Positions 21,752 through 36,134 of a stretch of 64,000 bases of DNA are shown here, in pieces. The DNA comes from Eledone cirrhosa (taxonomy: Eukaryota), in the NCBI GenBank assembly GCA_964016885.1, contig OZ024741.1:352036001-352100000 (forward strand), read 5' to 3'. Numbering within the stretch: position 1 is the stretch's first letter; every line of letters starts with the position of its first letter. The translations under genes were made by a program, and so were the position numbers. The notes beneath the pieces are model-generated. The model saw only the letters and a list, made by a program, of their open reading frames with translations. It did no database searches and had not been told where the DNA came from.

Positions 21752-23178
21752 TTGTGTGACGAAGATATTGATACAAAACTGACTGATACCACTCTTGTTT
21801 CTCTGACATTACTAAATCCTTTCAAAATCTTGATTATTTTGAAAATAATGTAAAAACCATAGAAATATGGTATTGAAAGGTTTAAAAGATTGAAATTATT
21901 TATCAGCTCTGAAAGGAGGAAAACAAAGTTGACCTCAGTGGGATTTGAACTCAGGGTGCAGAGAACTGAAACAAATAAACAGTACAACTGTTTAAAAAAG
22001 TGAAAATAAATTGATACCAATTCATTGATTGGAAAGACAGTCTGTTGTAGCAAGTGGAAGTAGATTCTCTTTTAGCTATCATAAGAATGCTTAGCAACTT
22101 TACAGTATTGCTGTTGCTTTCCCATAGACAAATGGCACCATTTGGTATATTTAGTACAAATATACCAAATTTGGTACAAATAGTCTTTTGACAACTGAGA
22201 GCCACATGTTTAAGTCATGATAATGAGTGGGTTTGATCTGTGTCGAGCTGTGTGCATGTTGCTTTTCAGGTTGGTACTGCAACGCTTCTTATTAAAACAC
22301 TCAAGAAGCCTTCCATGAGATACAACCACATATGAGTAACTTAGCTGTTAGCTGTCTATTTCATTAAAAAATATATATTTTTCATGAGGCACACAGTACA
22401 GTGGCTGTTGGTAATGATAGCATATTAAGTGTACTAAGTTCATAGTTTGTTAGCCAGTAGCTGTAGCTGAGTGTTATCTGTTTACTGTGCAACATTGACA
22501 CAGTTAGACAATGTGATGGCCAACAGGAAAATTTTGAGTGTTGTACTCAGTTAAAGCTTAAGTACTTTAAGGTAATTTTTAAGTGATATTATGGAGTTGT
22601 CTTAGGAGATAACTCAACTATACTTTGTGTGTGTGTGTAGACACAACAAATAATAGAACACCACCAGTCTGACACCCTGTAAAGGTACACATGCACAGGT
22701 ACACATGCACTGCCCTTCCCCCTCTCACTATTTTTAGAAGCAGTGGAAAGGTTCATAGGTTTTACCCTTCCTCCCCTGACTTAACAGTAAAAATGACCTT
22801 TGTTTTTATTCTCAAAGAAATTAAATAATTATTTTTCAAGAGGTTGGTTGTTTAACTCTCTTGCTTTTAGATTTCCTTATGTAGGACACTGCCTATGATG
22901 CTTCAATCACTTTGAAAATAATCAAAAATTTGGGGTAATTTAGTAACACTTAATGTTCTCATAATTTATCTTGTGTTTGAAACATCTTAGAATTTCTCAT
23001 ATAACATTATAACTGAAGGTTTTTAGATGACAAACGTTAAAATAAAACAGTTTTATATTGTAGAACCAGAACTGGTTTGATGCGAAACATGTTAATCTTT
23101 TTGATAACAATCAACCAATACCGGCTCTGGTTCGATGAAATAAAACCATCCATTTTAAATCGAAATCTTCCAGCATAA

Positions 23179-23704
23179 TCTATATATCTAAAACAGAATG
23201 TCTGTCTGTGTTATGGTCCTGTGAGTGTTTTGAGCAAAAACAAATTCAAATTTTCAATGCGCTAAGGACCACATTAGGCGATTTAGCGATATCTCTCTCT
23301 ATAATTCTTAGTCTTTCTTTTTAGATAGATGCGTAGATATAACGTTGCGCATTTATAATATCTGTCTGTACGTCTGGCTGTCTGCATTACGACATTATGA
23401 CGCTATATGTGTATATATAGTGTGTAACGTTTTTCGAGATATTTACTTCTGCGTTTACAGATTAATTTTTTTTTAGTTTCAGAAGATCCCGTTAAGGGTG
23501 AAAGCAGCGATTCTTTGCTTAAACTTTAATCTGTTATTTTAATATATATATATAATTATATATTCGTGTACAGATATTTTTGCATACACGATAACAAAAT
23601 ATAAACAAACGTATTTATTTCACGAGGCTAGATAAGGATAAATATATATCAAATATATAAGAACCCTAGAGCAAATCCCTAGCAACGCCGGGCCATTCTG
23701 CTAG
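23179..23704 (+). mobile_element. Non-autonomous Helitron (short form)
   Basis: A|TCtatatatctaaaacag...ccctagcaacgccgggccattctgCTAG|T: 5' TC, 3' CTAG, subterminal GC-rich imperfect hairpin and A-T target. Homologous to 38731-39590. Confidence 0.85.
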
Positions 23705-25268
23705 TTTTATATAAGAACCATTCATTTAGTTACTATTTTAATAATTTTTGTAAATCCCCAAAAATTCATGAATTAATTAAAAGATTGTATTATGTTAGAA
23801 ATATGGTCGTGAAATGGTTAAAATAAAAAGTTTTGTTATCGTAGAATGTTAGTTAAATGGGGGATGGTGGAGAAACCCCCAAAACAATACCAAAGTGAAA
23901 CTTATTTTGGTTTATATACTGTGTGTTCAATAAATTTTGTCTTGTTTGTGTATATCTAAACTATTGATAACAATGTTTGGTGCAGGAATATCGGTTAATG
24001 TATGGGTGACTTTTGAGGTGTGGTAGTATGGTGTGGCATGTGTGTTTTCAAGAAGTGGAAGGTTTCAACTACTGCTGTAGTAGTTATCATCATTTAATAT
24101 GGAGATGTTAGAGAGAGGCAAGAGGGTGAGCAATTCTTTTCCCTCTTTGCCTATCTCTTTATTTCTTCCCTTCTTTCTCAATGTTTTTTTCACTCCCATT
24201 ACTCACACCCATACCCTTTCATTGCTGGAGGCATTTTTATTTGTTTTCATTGATTTATTTTTTGTTTTGTTGCAATTTTTGGAATATTTGTCTACTTATT
24301 GCTACATCAGTGTTGCAATGCAAGTCAAACAGCTTCACACATGTACACACAAACATATATGTACAAATATATTTGCACAGATACACACATACACATACCC
24401 AGATACAAATGTATATAGACAGTTACACGTACATACAAATACAGATAAACATACTAACACGAATACACACAACATACATATATATCTCTACATTCTCTGT
24501 CATAATCTCCCTCCTTTTTCTCCATCCATTTCTTTTTCACATTTTCTAATCATGAAGGAATGTGGTGTTAGAGATACTGTCTTGTTATGGTGTAGGTGGT
24601 GGTGGCTGTGTAGGTGATAGTGAATGTGGTGCAGGTGATATATGTGTTGGTGATTGTGGTGATGTATGTGTTACGTGGTGTTGATGTGTGATCATGGTGT
24701 AGGTGGTGGTGTGATGGTGATGTTCTGTGTCTGTAATCTGCTTCTGGTCAATGTTTCCTCTTTGTGTTGTTATTGATTTTTATTTTTAACTAATTTAATT
24801 TGAAAAATATAAAATATCCCCTTATATATTTTACTTTGCTGTTATTTATTTTGGGGAGCATGGTGATTTTTAATTGTCCTTAAACAAATTTTCACTTATT
24901 TTAAAATGAAAATAGTAATTAAATGGTGCTTTATTTCTTGTTATGAATAAGTTTATAATTATAATTTAGTGCCAGTTAAGATAACTTGTGGGGTTTTGGC
25001 AAAAGAGAAAGAAAAACAAATTTGTTATCCCTTTAGTGAAGGTACATACTTAGGGTGTTGATCTCCTGATCATAGAGTTGTGGGTTTGATTTCTGGACTG
25101 GGCTGTGTGTTTTTCATTAAGACACTTCATTTCATGTTGCTTTTTATGATAGCAATTGGGCCATTATAATTAAAATACCCAAGATACCTCTTCTAAAATG
25201 CAATCTAGTAGAAGGTCAGCTAACTCTAAAGCTTTATAGATCTGAGCTGTAAATTTTTTTTTCCTTTC

Positions 25269-25510
25269 TTAAAACCTTTTGATACCAAATCACCTGAAGC
25301 CACCCCTGGTTTTATGCTACTAAGCTGCTTCTTTTAGAATGTTTATATTTTTCTGAATAAACCTTTCATCATAAATTTTTATGCTCTAAATACCGGCTGA
25401 ATGATAGAAAATTTATATTACTAAGTCGCTTCAATTCTTGATTATTTTCAAAATTATTTGAAAATCATAAGTAGTGTCTTTTCTTAGAAATATGGCAATA
25501 AATTGGTTAA
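25269..25510. mobile_element. Diverged TTAA-ended MITE-like repeat (second family)
   Basis: ttaaaacctttgatacc...agaaatatggcaataaattggttaa. Similar ends at ~23092-23822 (host of the Helitron) and ~35953-36443. Confidence 0.5.
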
Positions 25511-26409
25511 TGAGAAGTGGGGCAATAATATCCTCCTTTTCCTTGAAAAATGATTTCTTTCAGTTAACTCTTAACATCTAATGATTTAAGAGAAAATATT
25601 TAAAAGCAGGTTTGTTAATTCAAATGTTTCTAGTATCTTTACTAAGGGACATATTGTCGAACTTTGATGTATTAAATGTAATTTTATAATACGTGGTACA
25701 TCATAATGTTGTATTGTATTTTTCAATGTCTTGCTAATGCAGTTTTATGTGGTACAGGATGGTAATAGTTAATTATAATTGCATCTGTAGAGAGAGATCA
25801 ACTTAGTATCTCCCACCTACCCCCTAAATGAAGGGATGAATATAACAAGTTATTTACTTTTTTGTTTTTATTTCTGTCATTTTACAAATGGATGCCCTTC
25901 TTTTTAAAATAGCGAATGGAACTGGTAGGAGACTTAATGTAGTAGTAATTTTGTCTTGTTAAATTTCCACTCGAGAAACTAAGTCAAGTAGATTAATAAT
26001 GTGCTGTTGAATTTTGAAGGCTTAATTTGCAAATTTTGAGATATGGATATGTTTTTAATGAGTAATGTGATCTTCCTTTTTCTCCTTCTTTATGTGCAGT
26101 TATGGCTGTGTGGTTAAGAATCCCTCTTTGTTCATAACAATGAGCTTTTGGGTTTGGTCCTATGGCATAGCAACTTGAGCACATGCAGAAAAATAAAATA
26201 ATAATTATAAGTAAAAATAAAATTTTCAGCTCCCACCTATGCAGGTTTAGGTGGTCGCTTACATGGTTGCATCTCATGGGTTTCTTGGGTGCTTTAATGA
26301 CCCCCCTCTCCCAGTTCTATCATAGATGATGTGTTTGTGTGTAATTAGTTATGTATGTTTTATGTATAAATATTCATAAAGACTGGAAAGGAACCAATAG
26401 TCATGAACC

Positions 26410-26660
26410 AAATGTTGTATTGGTGACACGACAAAAAATGTCCAGTCCACAATGTGAAGTGGTCTTGTTGGTGACACGACAAAAAGCACCCAGCCCACAT
26501 TGTAATTGTGGTTGGAGTTAGGAAGGGCATCCAGCCATAAATATGAAGTCAGAAAAAGTTCTGTATGAGCAAGATACAATCATCTCCTCTGACTTTCTCA
26601 CCACGGGACAACTCATCTATCCCATGCTAGCATGGAAAAAAGGGATTGTTAAATGATGAC
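26410..26660 (+). mobile_element. Old RTE 3' end fragment
   Basis: aaaagcacccagcccac, ttaggaagggcatccagc and cccatgctagcatggaa...gttaaatgatgac. Confidence 0.7.
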
Positions 26661-26789
26661 AATAAAACCAGGGTGATTTCAAGCAGTTTGATATCAAAAG
26701 TGTTAAACATGAATATTTAATGACTGGGGTGGTATTATAAGTCATGTTAGCATCAGGAGGCAGGTTTCTATTAAAAGAGATAATTCTTT

Positions 26790-27280
26790 AATCATTGTCA
26801 TCATCTTTTTATATCTGCTTCTCATGTTCGCTTGGGGTTGAAGGGTTGACACTGTTTGAGAATAGAGGAGTCAGAAGACTACATCTTGTCCATATGTTTC
26901 ATGTTTGACATGGTTTCTATGGCTGGATGCCCTTTCTAATGCCAACCACCAACCTCTTCAGAGTGTACTAGCTATGTTTTATCATGAGACCAACACTGTT
27001 ACTGGACACATTGTACTGAGTGCTTTTCATCATAACACCAGCAACTACCACTTCAGACTGTACTGGCTGCATTTCATTATAGCACCAGCACTACCATTTT
27101 ACAAAATGTGTTGGGTGTTTCTTATCATGGCACTAGTGCTACCACTTGACACATTATACTGAGTACATTTTATCATAACACCAGCACCACTACTTTACCG
27201 AGTGTAACTGGGTGCATTTTATTATAGCAGCAGCACTACCATTTTACAAAGTCTGCTGGATGATTTATCACACCATCACT
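26790..27280 (-). repeat. Old RTE 3' end followed by a ~47-bp minisatellite (about 7 units)
   Basis: ggctggatgccctttctaatgccaacc, then repeated tgtactg(a/g)gtgc..ttatcat..caccagcactaccac units at ~26955-27280. Confidence 0.7.
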
Positions 27281-29806
27281 AATCACGAAAACGAAACATT
27301 CAAAAACCCCAAAATAAAGACAGGTTGAGAGGTTTCCAGTGTAAACTACAGAGTGTAATGTATTTTGATAGAAAAGGTCTGGGAGAGAGTAATGTATGTT
27401 GATGGAAAAGAGGTTAGGACTTTTCCATTGTATGTTGATTTCTATGGTAATTTGGAGATTTCTAGTGTAAAACTAGTTTATGCTGTAAAAGTTGGTTTAT
27501 TAGTCTTACTTCTCCCTTCAACAGGCTACTAATTAGCATTCATTAAAACATCTAGTAGAATGCTGTACACGCCCTCTGCACTCTCACTTCATACATCACC
27601 GTTATCAACTTTGTCTTTTGTTATTTCCATTCTGAGATCGATAAATAATGTGCCAGTCTAGTACTGGAGGTTGATTCTTGCTCTATATCATTTTTTTTTC
27701 TCATTTCTTTTTCTTGCCCTTCCCTGAAATCAGCTGTGTTCAAACCTAAAAAAGGATGAGCTTTGCCAGGTTTCAAAATGTGTCATGATGACATCCCTAT
27801 GACTCCAGCAGGAGTTAATGGCTGGAATTTAAAATGTATATCGGCTGGCACTCATAATTAAAGGACCATGGATGGACCTGAAATCGGGAGAATTCCTGTT
27901 GTAGAATCAAAGTATCGGTGTGTGTATGTGTATGCATGTCTGCATGTATATGTGTGTAAGGAGAGCGCGAGAGAGAGGGGGCGAGCAGTGACTGAACACA
28001 CACTTTTCTCTGTTTCTATCTTTCTATTCTTTTATTTCTATCTACCGATGAATGACTAATGCTCGGAATGTTAAGATTCTTTTCTACTATATCTAGCATT
28101 TAACTCATATATATCTTCATTGTACTGTCATTTTGCTGTGTTCTTTTCAATTTTCTTTTCACACATATATACACATACCAAATCTGCCTTTCCCCCTGTA
28201 TTTATTGTTATCTTCTCCACAAGTCTAAAGCATTCTGTTCTAAACCCTTTCAAAATCAAATAATTTTCTGTTTCATTGAATGTTGATATATTCTAAGTAT
28301 ATTGGTTTGTACTACTTTCATGCAACTTTTGACTTTGATAAATTTAAATTATGTGTTAGTGCAATAATAATATCGTACAGTCTTTTATCTCTAAGATTTC
28401 ATATTTAGAATTCATGGAACACAAATGTAAGATATAAATGGAGAGGAGAATATTTTTAAATGTTATCTGCCAGTGGTATGTGGTTTGACTTTTGCAAAAG
28501 CCCCCCCCCCCCCCCTCCCTATCAGAAAGCAAATAAACCATTCAAAGCTGTTATGTATATATGACAAAAATGTGCTTTGGATTGTCTTGAAAAGTGAAAA
28601 GAATATTAGCTCCATGGGCTTTTTTCACCATGTTCTTAATTTGGTTACAAGCCTTCCACTGTTAATTAGTGCACCTGTCACATATGAAATCTTTCTTTTC
28701 TCTCAGCCTACCCATGACCCCACAACCCCTTGTACACCCATAGTTTAGGTGTGCATGTGTGTGTGGGGGAGTCCTGTTTGTCTGACACAAACTTGAACTA
28801 CATATCATCCAAGCTGCACCAATTTATCAATTAAACTCTTATTAATTCTTAACATACTGATTTAGAAAATATTTTAGAACAGGTTTGTCACTTAAATATA
28901 GTATCTTTATCAATGGACAGATTGTTGTGGAAATCTACACTTTAATTTTTAACATGATGTAGTCATAGTATTGTTTTGTACTTTTCAAGAACGTCTTGCT
29001 AATGCAGTTTCATGTGGTATATCATGTTGAAAGTTAAAGCTTAATATTCTGAAATGGACTGGGTTTCTCCATTTTGTTACTGTAACTGAAAGTCTATGTT
29101 GTGGAATTTAATGTGAAATCTGCTAAGTAACCTGAATTATTTATTTATTAATATTTCTTCTAAGTTCAGATTTTGTCACTGTTGAGTTTTTACTTTTCAT
29201 CATACTTCATATAAATTAATAATGTTACATTAAAAAAATATTTGTGCTTAACCCTTCCATTTGACATATTTCTAATTTTAAATGACTTTAGTAATATAAC
29301 TTTTTCATTAGTCTCTTTTGATACCAACTCACTGGAAACTGCTCCTGATGCACAACTCTTTTAGTTCTTAACATTCTGTAATGATTTAGCAGAAAATGTC
29401 TAAAATCTGGTTTGCTATTTCAAATGTTTATAGTATTTTTTATTAACATTGTCAATAAAGTACTAGTCCAGGACAGAAGATTGGCAGAGTCCTTAGAGCA
29501 TCAAATGAGATGCTTTGCTGTATCTGTTCTGGCTCTTTGCATCCTGAGTTCAAGTCCTGCCTCCTGTCATTGAGAAAAAGGGAAAATGATAGGAGTAGAT
29601 AAAAACACCCGATGCAACCTCATAGGTTGGTGAAAACTGCGTACCCACGCATAACAGCAGCAGCAATAAGATTGGATTAATTAATTAATATGTGCCATGG
29701 CAGTGATTGCCAAAGTGAGTGCCAGTATATCTTGTGAGTACTGGGAGATTCAAGGTAATCGTTTGGTAGGGTGAATGAAGGTGTTATCCTGGACATAAAT
29801 GTTATG

Positions 29807-29807
<1 letters not shown>

Positions 29808-29849
<42 letters not shown>

Positions 29850-31884
29850 CCGTTTTACGTCCGTTCTTCCACGCTAGCATGGGTTAGACGGGTTGTCCTG
29901 TTGTGGGCAGTGTCTGGTCGGCTGACCATGCCTTGCTTATACAGGAACTGATTTGGCGTGATTTCTACAGCTGGATGCCCTTCCTAACACCAACCTCATT
30001 TACAGTGAGTGCTGGGTGCTTTTTCGTGGCGCCTACACGTTCACTTTACAGTGTGGGCTGGGTGCTTTTTTTGCCGTGGCACCTCCACGACCACCTTGCG
30101 TGGGGGGGGGGGGGGGGCATATTGTCTATATGCTTCAGCTTGTACCCATGGGAGGTCGGGTACTCTTTTTTACTGCTCCCCTATACATGGCTTGTACCGC
30201 TTTCACAAGCCATTCATCTACTCCTAGTTTTCTAAGAGCTCACCAGATTACAGCACGTGGAACTCTGTCAAAGGCTTTCTCAAGGTCGACAAATGCCAAG
30301 TAGAGTGGCTTACTTTTAGCTAGGTACTTTTCCTGTAACTGCCTCACAAGGAAGAGGGCATCATTGGTGACTCTTCCTGGTACAAACTCAAATTGCATCT
30401 CGTCTATTTTCACCTGGTCCTTAATCAACTGTGCTATAACTCTTTCTGTTACTTTCGTGACCTGGTCCATCAACTTTATACCTCTATAGTTTCCTCTATC
30501 TAGTGCATCACCTTTACCTTTGTAGCAGTTGACAATGATGCTACTGCACCAATCTTTTGGTATGACACCTTCTAGTATTACCTGGTTAACAATACGTGTG
30601 GTTATAGTGTGACCTACAGACCCAGATGCCTTCAGCATCTCGGCAGCTATACCCGATGGACCGGTTGCCTTCCCCATCTTCATATCTTTGATTGCCTTAC
30701 TTACTACGTTGCTGCTGACTTGTACTGCTGGCCCCTCTATAGGGTCTACTTGGGGTAGGGTCTCTTCTTCCCATGCATTCTCCTCATTTAGTAATCTATC
30801 ATAATGACTCTTCCATGCATCTTTCTTCTCAGCACTTGTGAGGGCAAGCTCACCTTTATCATTCCAGATACACTTCTCTCCAATGACATCACAACTCTCT
30901 CTGACACACTGCCTCGCAATCTTGAACACCTTCTGTTTCTGGTCCTCACGTTGCAAAACATGCTTGAATTTTCTATCCTCTGCTTCCCTCCTAGCTAAGT
31001 ATACTTGTCGCCTAGCTTCCCTCTTGGTCTCTATGTAATGTTCCCTGCTCCCTCCGTTCTTCCATTCTTTCCATGCCTGTCTCTTGGCCTTAACTGCTTC
31101 ATCTACCTTATTGTTCCACCACCAAGTCACTCTCCTCCTGCTTGAGGTCTTACTCCAGCCACAGACCTCATCCGTCGCCTCTAGTGAATTATTTTTTAGG
31201 AACTCCCAGTTCTCTTCTACATTGAATGTCTCTATCTGTTCTTCTTTACTGTCGTAGGCGTTGAGTAAAATATCTTTAAATCTGTTACTGGTTGAGGGGC
31301 TTCCAGATCTTTCTTCTCCAGGTTGGCCTCTGTTTCCAGGTTCGTCTAGTTCTGACCGTGAGGTCGCTGACAACTAAGCTACGTTGGGATGTACATTCCT
31401 CACTAGGGAAGGCTTTTGTGTTTACGACCGTCCATCTGTCACGTCCTCTGATGAGGATAAAATCTATCTGACTGGAGTGCTCCCCTGATCTATAGGTGAT
31501 CAGGTGGTTGTCGGGTTTTTTAAAGTTTGTGTTACATATCGACATGTCATTGGCGTCGCAGAATTCTAGAAGTCTGAATCCTTCCTCATTTCTTGTGCCA
31601 ACCCCATGGCCTCCATGTACTCTATTGAAGCCGTCACAGTGTTTACCTACGTGTCCGTTAAAATCTCCTGCGATGATTAGGAAGTCATTGTCGTCTGTTA
31701 GAGCAGTAGTGTGCATTAGGGACTCGTAAAACCTATCCTTAAGTTCGTCTGGCAGCCTCGATTGGGGTGCGTAAGCTGATATTATTGTGGTAATTGTTTT
31801 ATTCAGGACTAGTCTGAGTTTAATGATTCTTGCATTTACCCTGTACACTGAGATTACTTTATCTACCCACTTGTCAGCTAGTAG
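29808..31884 (-). mobile_element. RTE LINE subfamily 2, 5'-truncated with a ~1.1-kb internal deletion and a frameshift
   Basis: ORFs 31285-31848 (AYAPQ, GDFNGH) and 30240-31373 ([18 protein letters not shown]) are near-identical to 40432-42885. The 3' UTR is joined directly to mid-RT at ~30170. 8-bp deletion near 31300. (CAT)n tail. Confidence 0.95.
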
Positions 31885-33524
31885 TACCCACTTGTCATGA
31901 TGAAGAAATCAATTTTCCTCTGCTATATCTTGTGGCCATGTGCGCGTGTGTGTGTGTGTTTGTAGTAGGAAGTGTTTTGATGTGTAGAAACATCGGTGTT
32001 ATTGCTGTAATTCTTTGTTTTATTGTTATTCATTTAAAGTTCATATATGATTTTGCTTATTGATACAGTATTTTGGATTGTAGTGTCAATGCCAGGCCCT
32101 CAAAAGTAGTTATCTTCTAATAGTTGACCCTGTTAATTTAACCACAAATATTTGACTTGTGCATAATATATATGACATGTAAAATTGTATTTCAATAGAT
32201 TGGCCACTGTTAGTTTTAAAAAAAAGTATACTTAAAAATGTATAAATATAAAAGTGAATGAAATATTTTTCTTGTACTCATGGTGGGAAGTGATATTTCA
32301 AATAAGCTTAAAGCTGTTCTTTATCTCTTTTATATCACTTTTGTTGTATTGTTGGCATCATAAGAATGGTGAGCAATAGTTGCACTAAATTGCTAGGCAA
32401 AATTAATTGCTTGCCTGGTATTCCTTTACCTTACAGAGTTTATATCTCAGCATTGTTAGTTTTTGCTTTCATCATCTTTCCAATTTGACTTCACACCTTC
32501 ACTACACAGCTTTTTGATTTTCTGGCCTAAGTTCAAAAGAATGCAGGACTATATGTAATCCCTCCCACCCATTTCATTTGAAAGAGCTGGCCGTATTAAA
32601 GCTGTAAACCTGCTCTGCAATGCAATGCCAAAAAAAAAAAAAAAAAAGAAGCCAAATGATTAATATAAATAATCTTGACTTCCCCATTATGTTGATTGTT
32701 GTTTTTTCGTCCATTTGTATCCAAACTTATATGTGTGTCTGTGTTTATATGTTCACAGTTTATTTCTTGTAACTTACCTGACATAACTTAACAGTTCAAC
32801 AAAAAGAAATTTATAAAAGTACTGGGGTTTGTTTCTATGTAAGAGTTTACCTACCACTGGGGTTTAGGATATTTGCTAACCTTTTAGCTCATATTTCTAA
32901 TGAAAAATATTTTTATAAATTTAAAATAATTTTGAAAATACAAAATTATGATAGTTGATTTTTAGATGGTTTGGAGTATGGGGAGAAAGGTGGATGTAGG
33001 TACAATAAAAATGTTTATGGTATGTGTAGTGCTACATAATCATGTTTATAGTATGTGTGTAAAAGTAATATTCCATCATCAGAGTTGTAGCCATGATATA
33101 TCGACATCACATATTTCTTTTTCCTTCACCATCATCTCCATAATTATTTGTTTTCTGAAATCTCTCAAATGATATTATCTGTGTACATATACTATAACAA
33201 AACACATACACATTTACATACATTTAATTGCACATACAGTTACTTCCATTTCTCCACTTGTGTATGCATTATAATATAATATGGCACCAAAGAGTTGAAC
33301 TAGAAATCTGAAATGATTTAGTGGTGGTGCAGGTGGTGGTAATTACATGAATAAGTATCTTTCTACCTACCTTGCTTCAAACATAACCTATTATTAGAGT
33401 TGGTACAATGATTATCCCAAAAAGACATTCTTGGCATGTAAATTAATAGTGATTCTTATAGCATGGCTGTCAGTCGGTCATTTAGTTTGAAAGTTAGCTA
33501 TCCATTTAGAAATTTCCCGTAGAA

Positions 33525-33567
<43 letters not shown>

Positions 33568-35907
33568 TTTTTGTGCGTTGTTCTTTCCAGATGTTTATCC
33601 TTGAATTGTGACCATACCTACTTTCACAATAATTAAGAACATTTAACAATAATTGTGTGATGTTGTCCATGTTTAGTACTAAATAGTCAATTTCCAATTC
33701 ACTTTGACCTTTCTCTCTCTTTTTCTTTTCCCTCTCTCCTCCACCTTTTTATTTATCATATCTTCTTTAATGGTGTGTTAATTAATCTTTACTTACTTAG
33801 TCCTGTCACTAATGATGTTATTTTTTCCTACATTCAATGATGTCTTTACTCTGTTGTTTGGTACTGGATTCTTTACCTCTGTAAATGCTGGCTGCTAAAT
33901 TATCTTTGTCTTACAAGAGTAAGTGAGGCAATTTCCCATTTAAAAATGTTATATATTTATTTATATGTTATCACATTATTGTTGGGGGTTGGAGAACACT
34001 TGATTTTTGTTTAGCTACAACCACATGTAGCTTTTTTTAAGCTTACTGGTGGCTTACTGTTTACTTCTTCACACTTGCATATCCATATATGCACACACAC
34101 CATAAACATTTTTGTTGTACCCCACTTGAGTGTATGTGCAAATGTATGTTCTAGTTACAGCTCATAACTATGCAGTTTTAGCTGGCTTCCTACAAGGTTG
34201 CATCTAATAGGTTTCTCAGGTGTTTTAATGATAGGGTTCTCTCAGTCCTGATAGGAAAAGACACTAACTTTCTTCCAGCTGAGTGGACTGGGGCAACATG
34301 AAATGAAGTCTTATTCATGTAGTCAATGCACTGCCAGGTCAAGGAATTAAACCTATGACCTTATCATTGAGTCCCACATTCTAACCACTAGACCACACAC
34401 TTTTACTATGTATGTTTATCAAAATATCAATGTGTTGTCATGAGCTTCAGATAACAATTATTCTGCTCAAGGAAGAAATACAATTAATTTAACGAAGTCT
34501 GCAACTAAAATATTCAATGAACAATAATTTCAAATTTTTTTTATTGTATTTTTCCAAGTTCCAATATGTTGCTAGGTTTTATTTGAAATTCTTGGATACA
34601 TAAATATTTTTTGTATATGATTTTTAGGCAGTGATGCTGGAAATGTTACTACTGACTAGGTTGATCTTATGAAATAGTCAACCCCTATTTTTTGCTTGGA
34701 AATTTGGATTTTTCCATATATTTCATATAAAAATTGAGCCTAATTCTGTATGGACAACAGATCAACATTTTACATAGCATAAATGGTGTAAAAAATGAAT
34801 GTTGTATTTATGTATCTATTTGTAGATACATCTGATGATTTCAGATCTTTCACATGTATCACCTCTGTAATTATCATGTGCATTGTGGTACTGGTGCCTT
34901 GATAACATGCACCTGGTACTCTGTAAAATAATGTCAGTTCCAGTGAGTTCAAATCTCACGAAGGTCACCATTGCCTTTCATGATTTGGGGTTAATAAATA
35001 AAGTACCAACCCAAATGTGGTTGATTGGTAGAATTTCTGAAAGAGTAGGAGGGTGTGCTTTATGGTATCTGAAAGCACCATGGCCTTGTGGTTAGGATAC
35101 AAAGTTGTGGGTTTTATTCCTAGACTGGGTGGTATGTTGTTCTTGAGCAAGACACTTCAATTCATATTGCTTTTAATGATAGGATTGGGGCCCCTAACAT
35201 TAAATACTCAAGAAAGCCTCTATGTAGGAGGCCAGTTAAACCAGCATAGGTGTGAACATTTTTCAGTATAGGGGTGGGCAGTGGCAATCCAAAGTCTGAA
35301 GGTGGGATGTAAAGTTCTGGCCTGAAAAAAAAAAATGAAATAAATAAATAAACAGACACTTAAAAAATATAGAAGTTGGGTGGTTTCCTCTGTGAAATTG
35401 ACAAATCATTTTCAAATTCTCAGCTGTACACAAAGAATTGTTTGTGTTTCTGCTAGTAAAGAGTACGTCTGGCCTGGAGAACTGGTGCATATAAAGTAGT
35501 TGATGACTTACATGCCTTGTTTTAATAAATTCATAACTAGAGAATAATAATAATCTGTTCTCTTTTAGATGTTGCATCAATGTAATAGGAGCATTCTATC
35601 TATGAAAAAGTAGGTGAACACATGGAATGTTTGGCATGTGTGTGTTTGCGCCTCTGTCTGTGTGCCTGAATGTCAGTTGCAGTGTGCGTCCCGATATTGA
35701 CAACACTTAAAAAAAATGTGGTGACATAATTTGTCTCTCATAAACAATATCTAGCAGCTTTAGTGATTTAACAAACATCAGCAATATATGCCATACTTAG
35801 ATATAATAAGATATGGGTTGGCACCAGGAAGAACAGCTGGCTGTCGAAAAAACTCTCCCTAAAAAATGTTGACCAGGTTTTGCCAGTATGGAAAAGTTGA
35901 TGATCTA

Positions 35908-35944
<37 letters not shown>

Positions 35945-36085
35945 TGTTGACTTTTAACCCATTTGATATCAACCTGGCCAAAACCGGCATTGATTGAATG
36001 AAACAAAACTGGTGGTTGTGGGAGTATTATTCAAATTGTTCAATAGAGCAAGCTATTCAAAACTGGGAACAAACTGTATTTTCTC

Positions 36086-36134
<49 letters not shown>

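Noticed and set aside
22270-22340. Possible small exon after ttttcag
   Set aside because: Short, with no homology I recognise, and it cannot be supported without transcript data.
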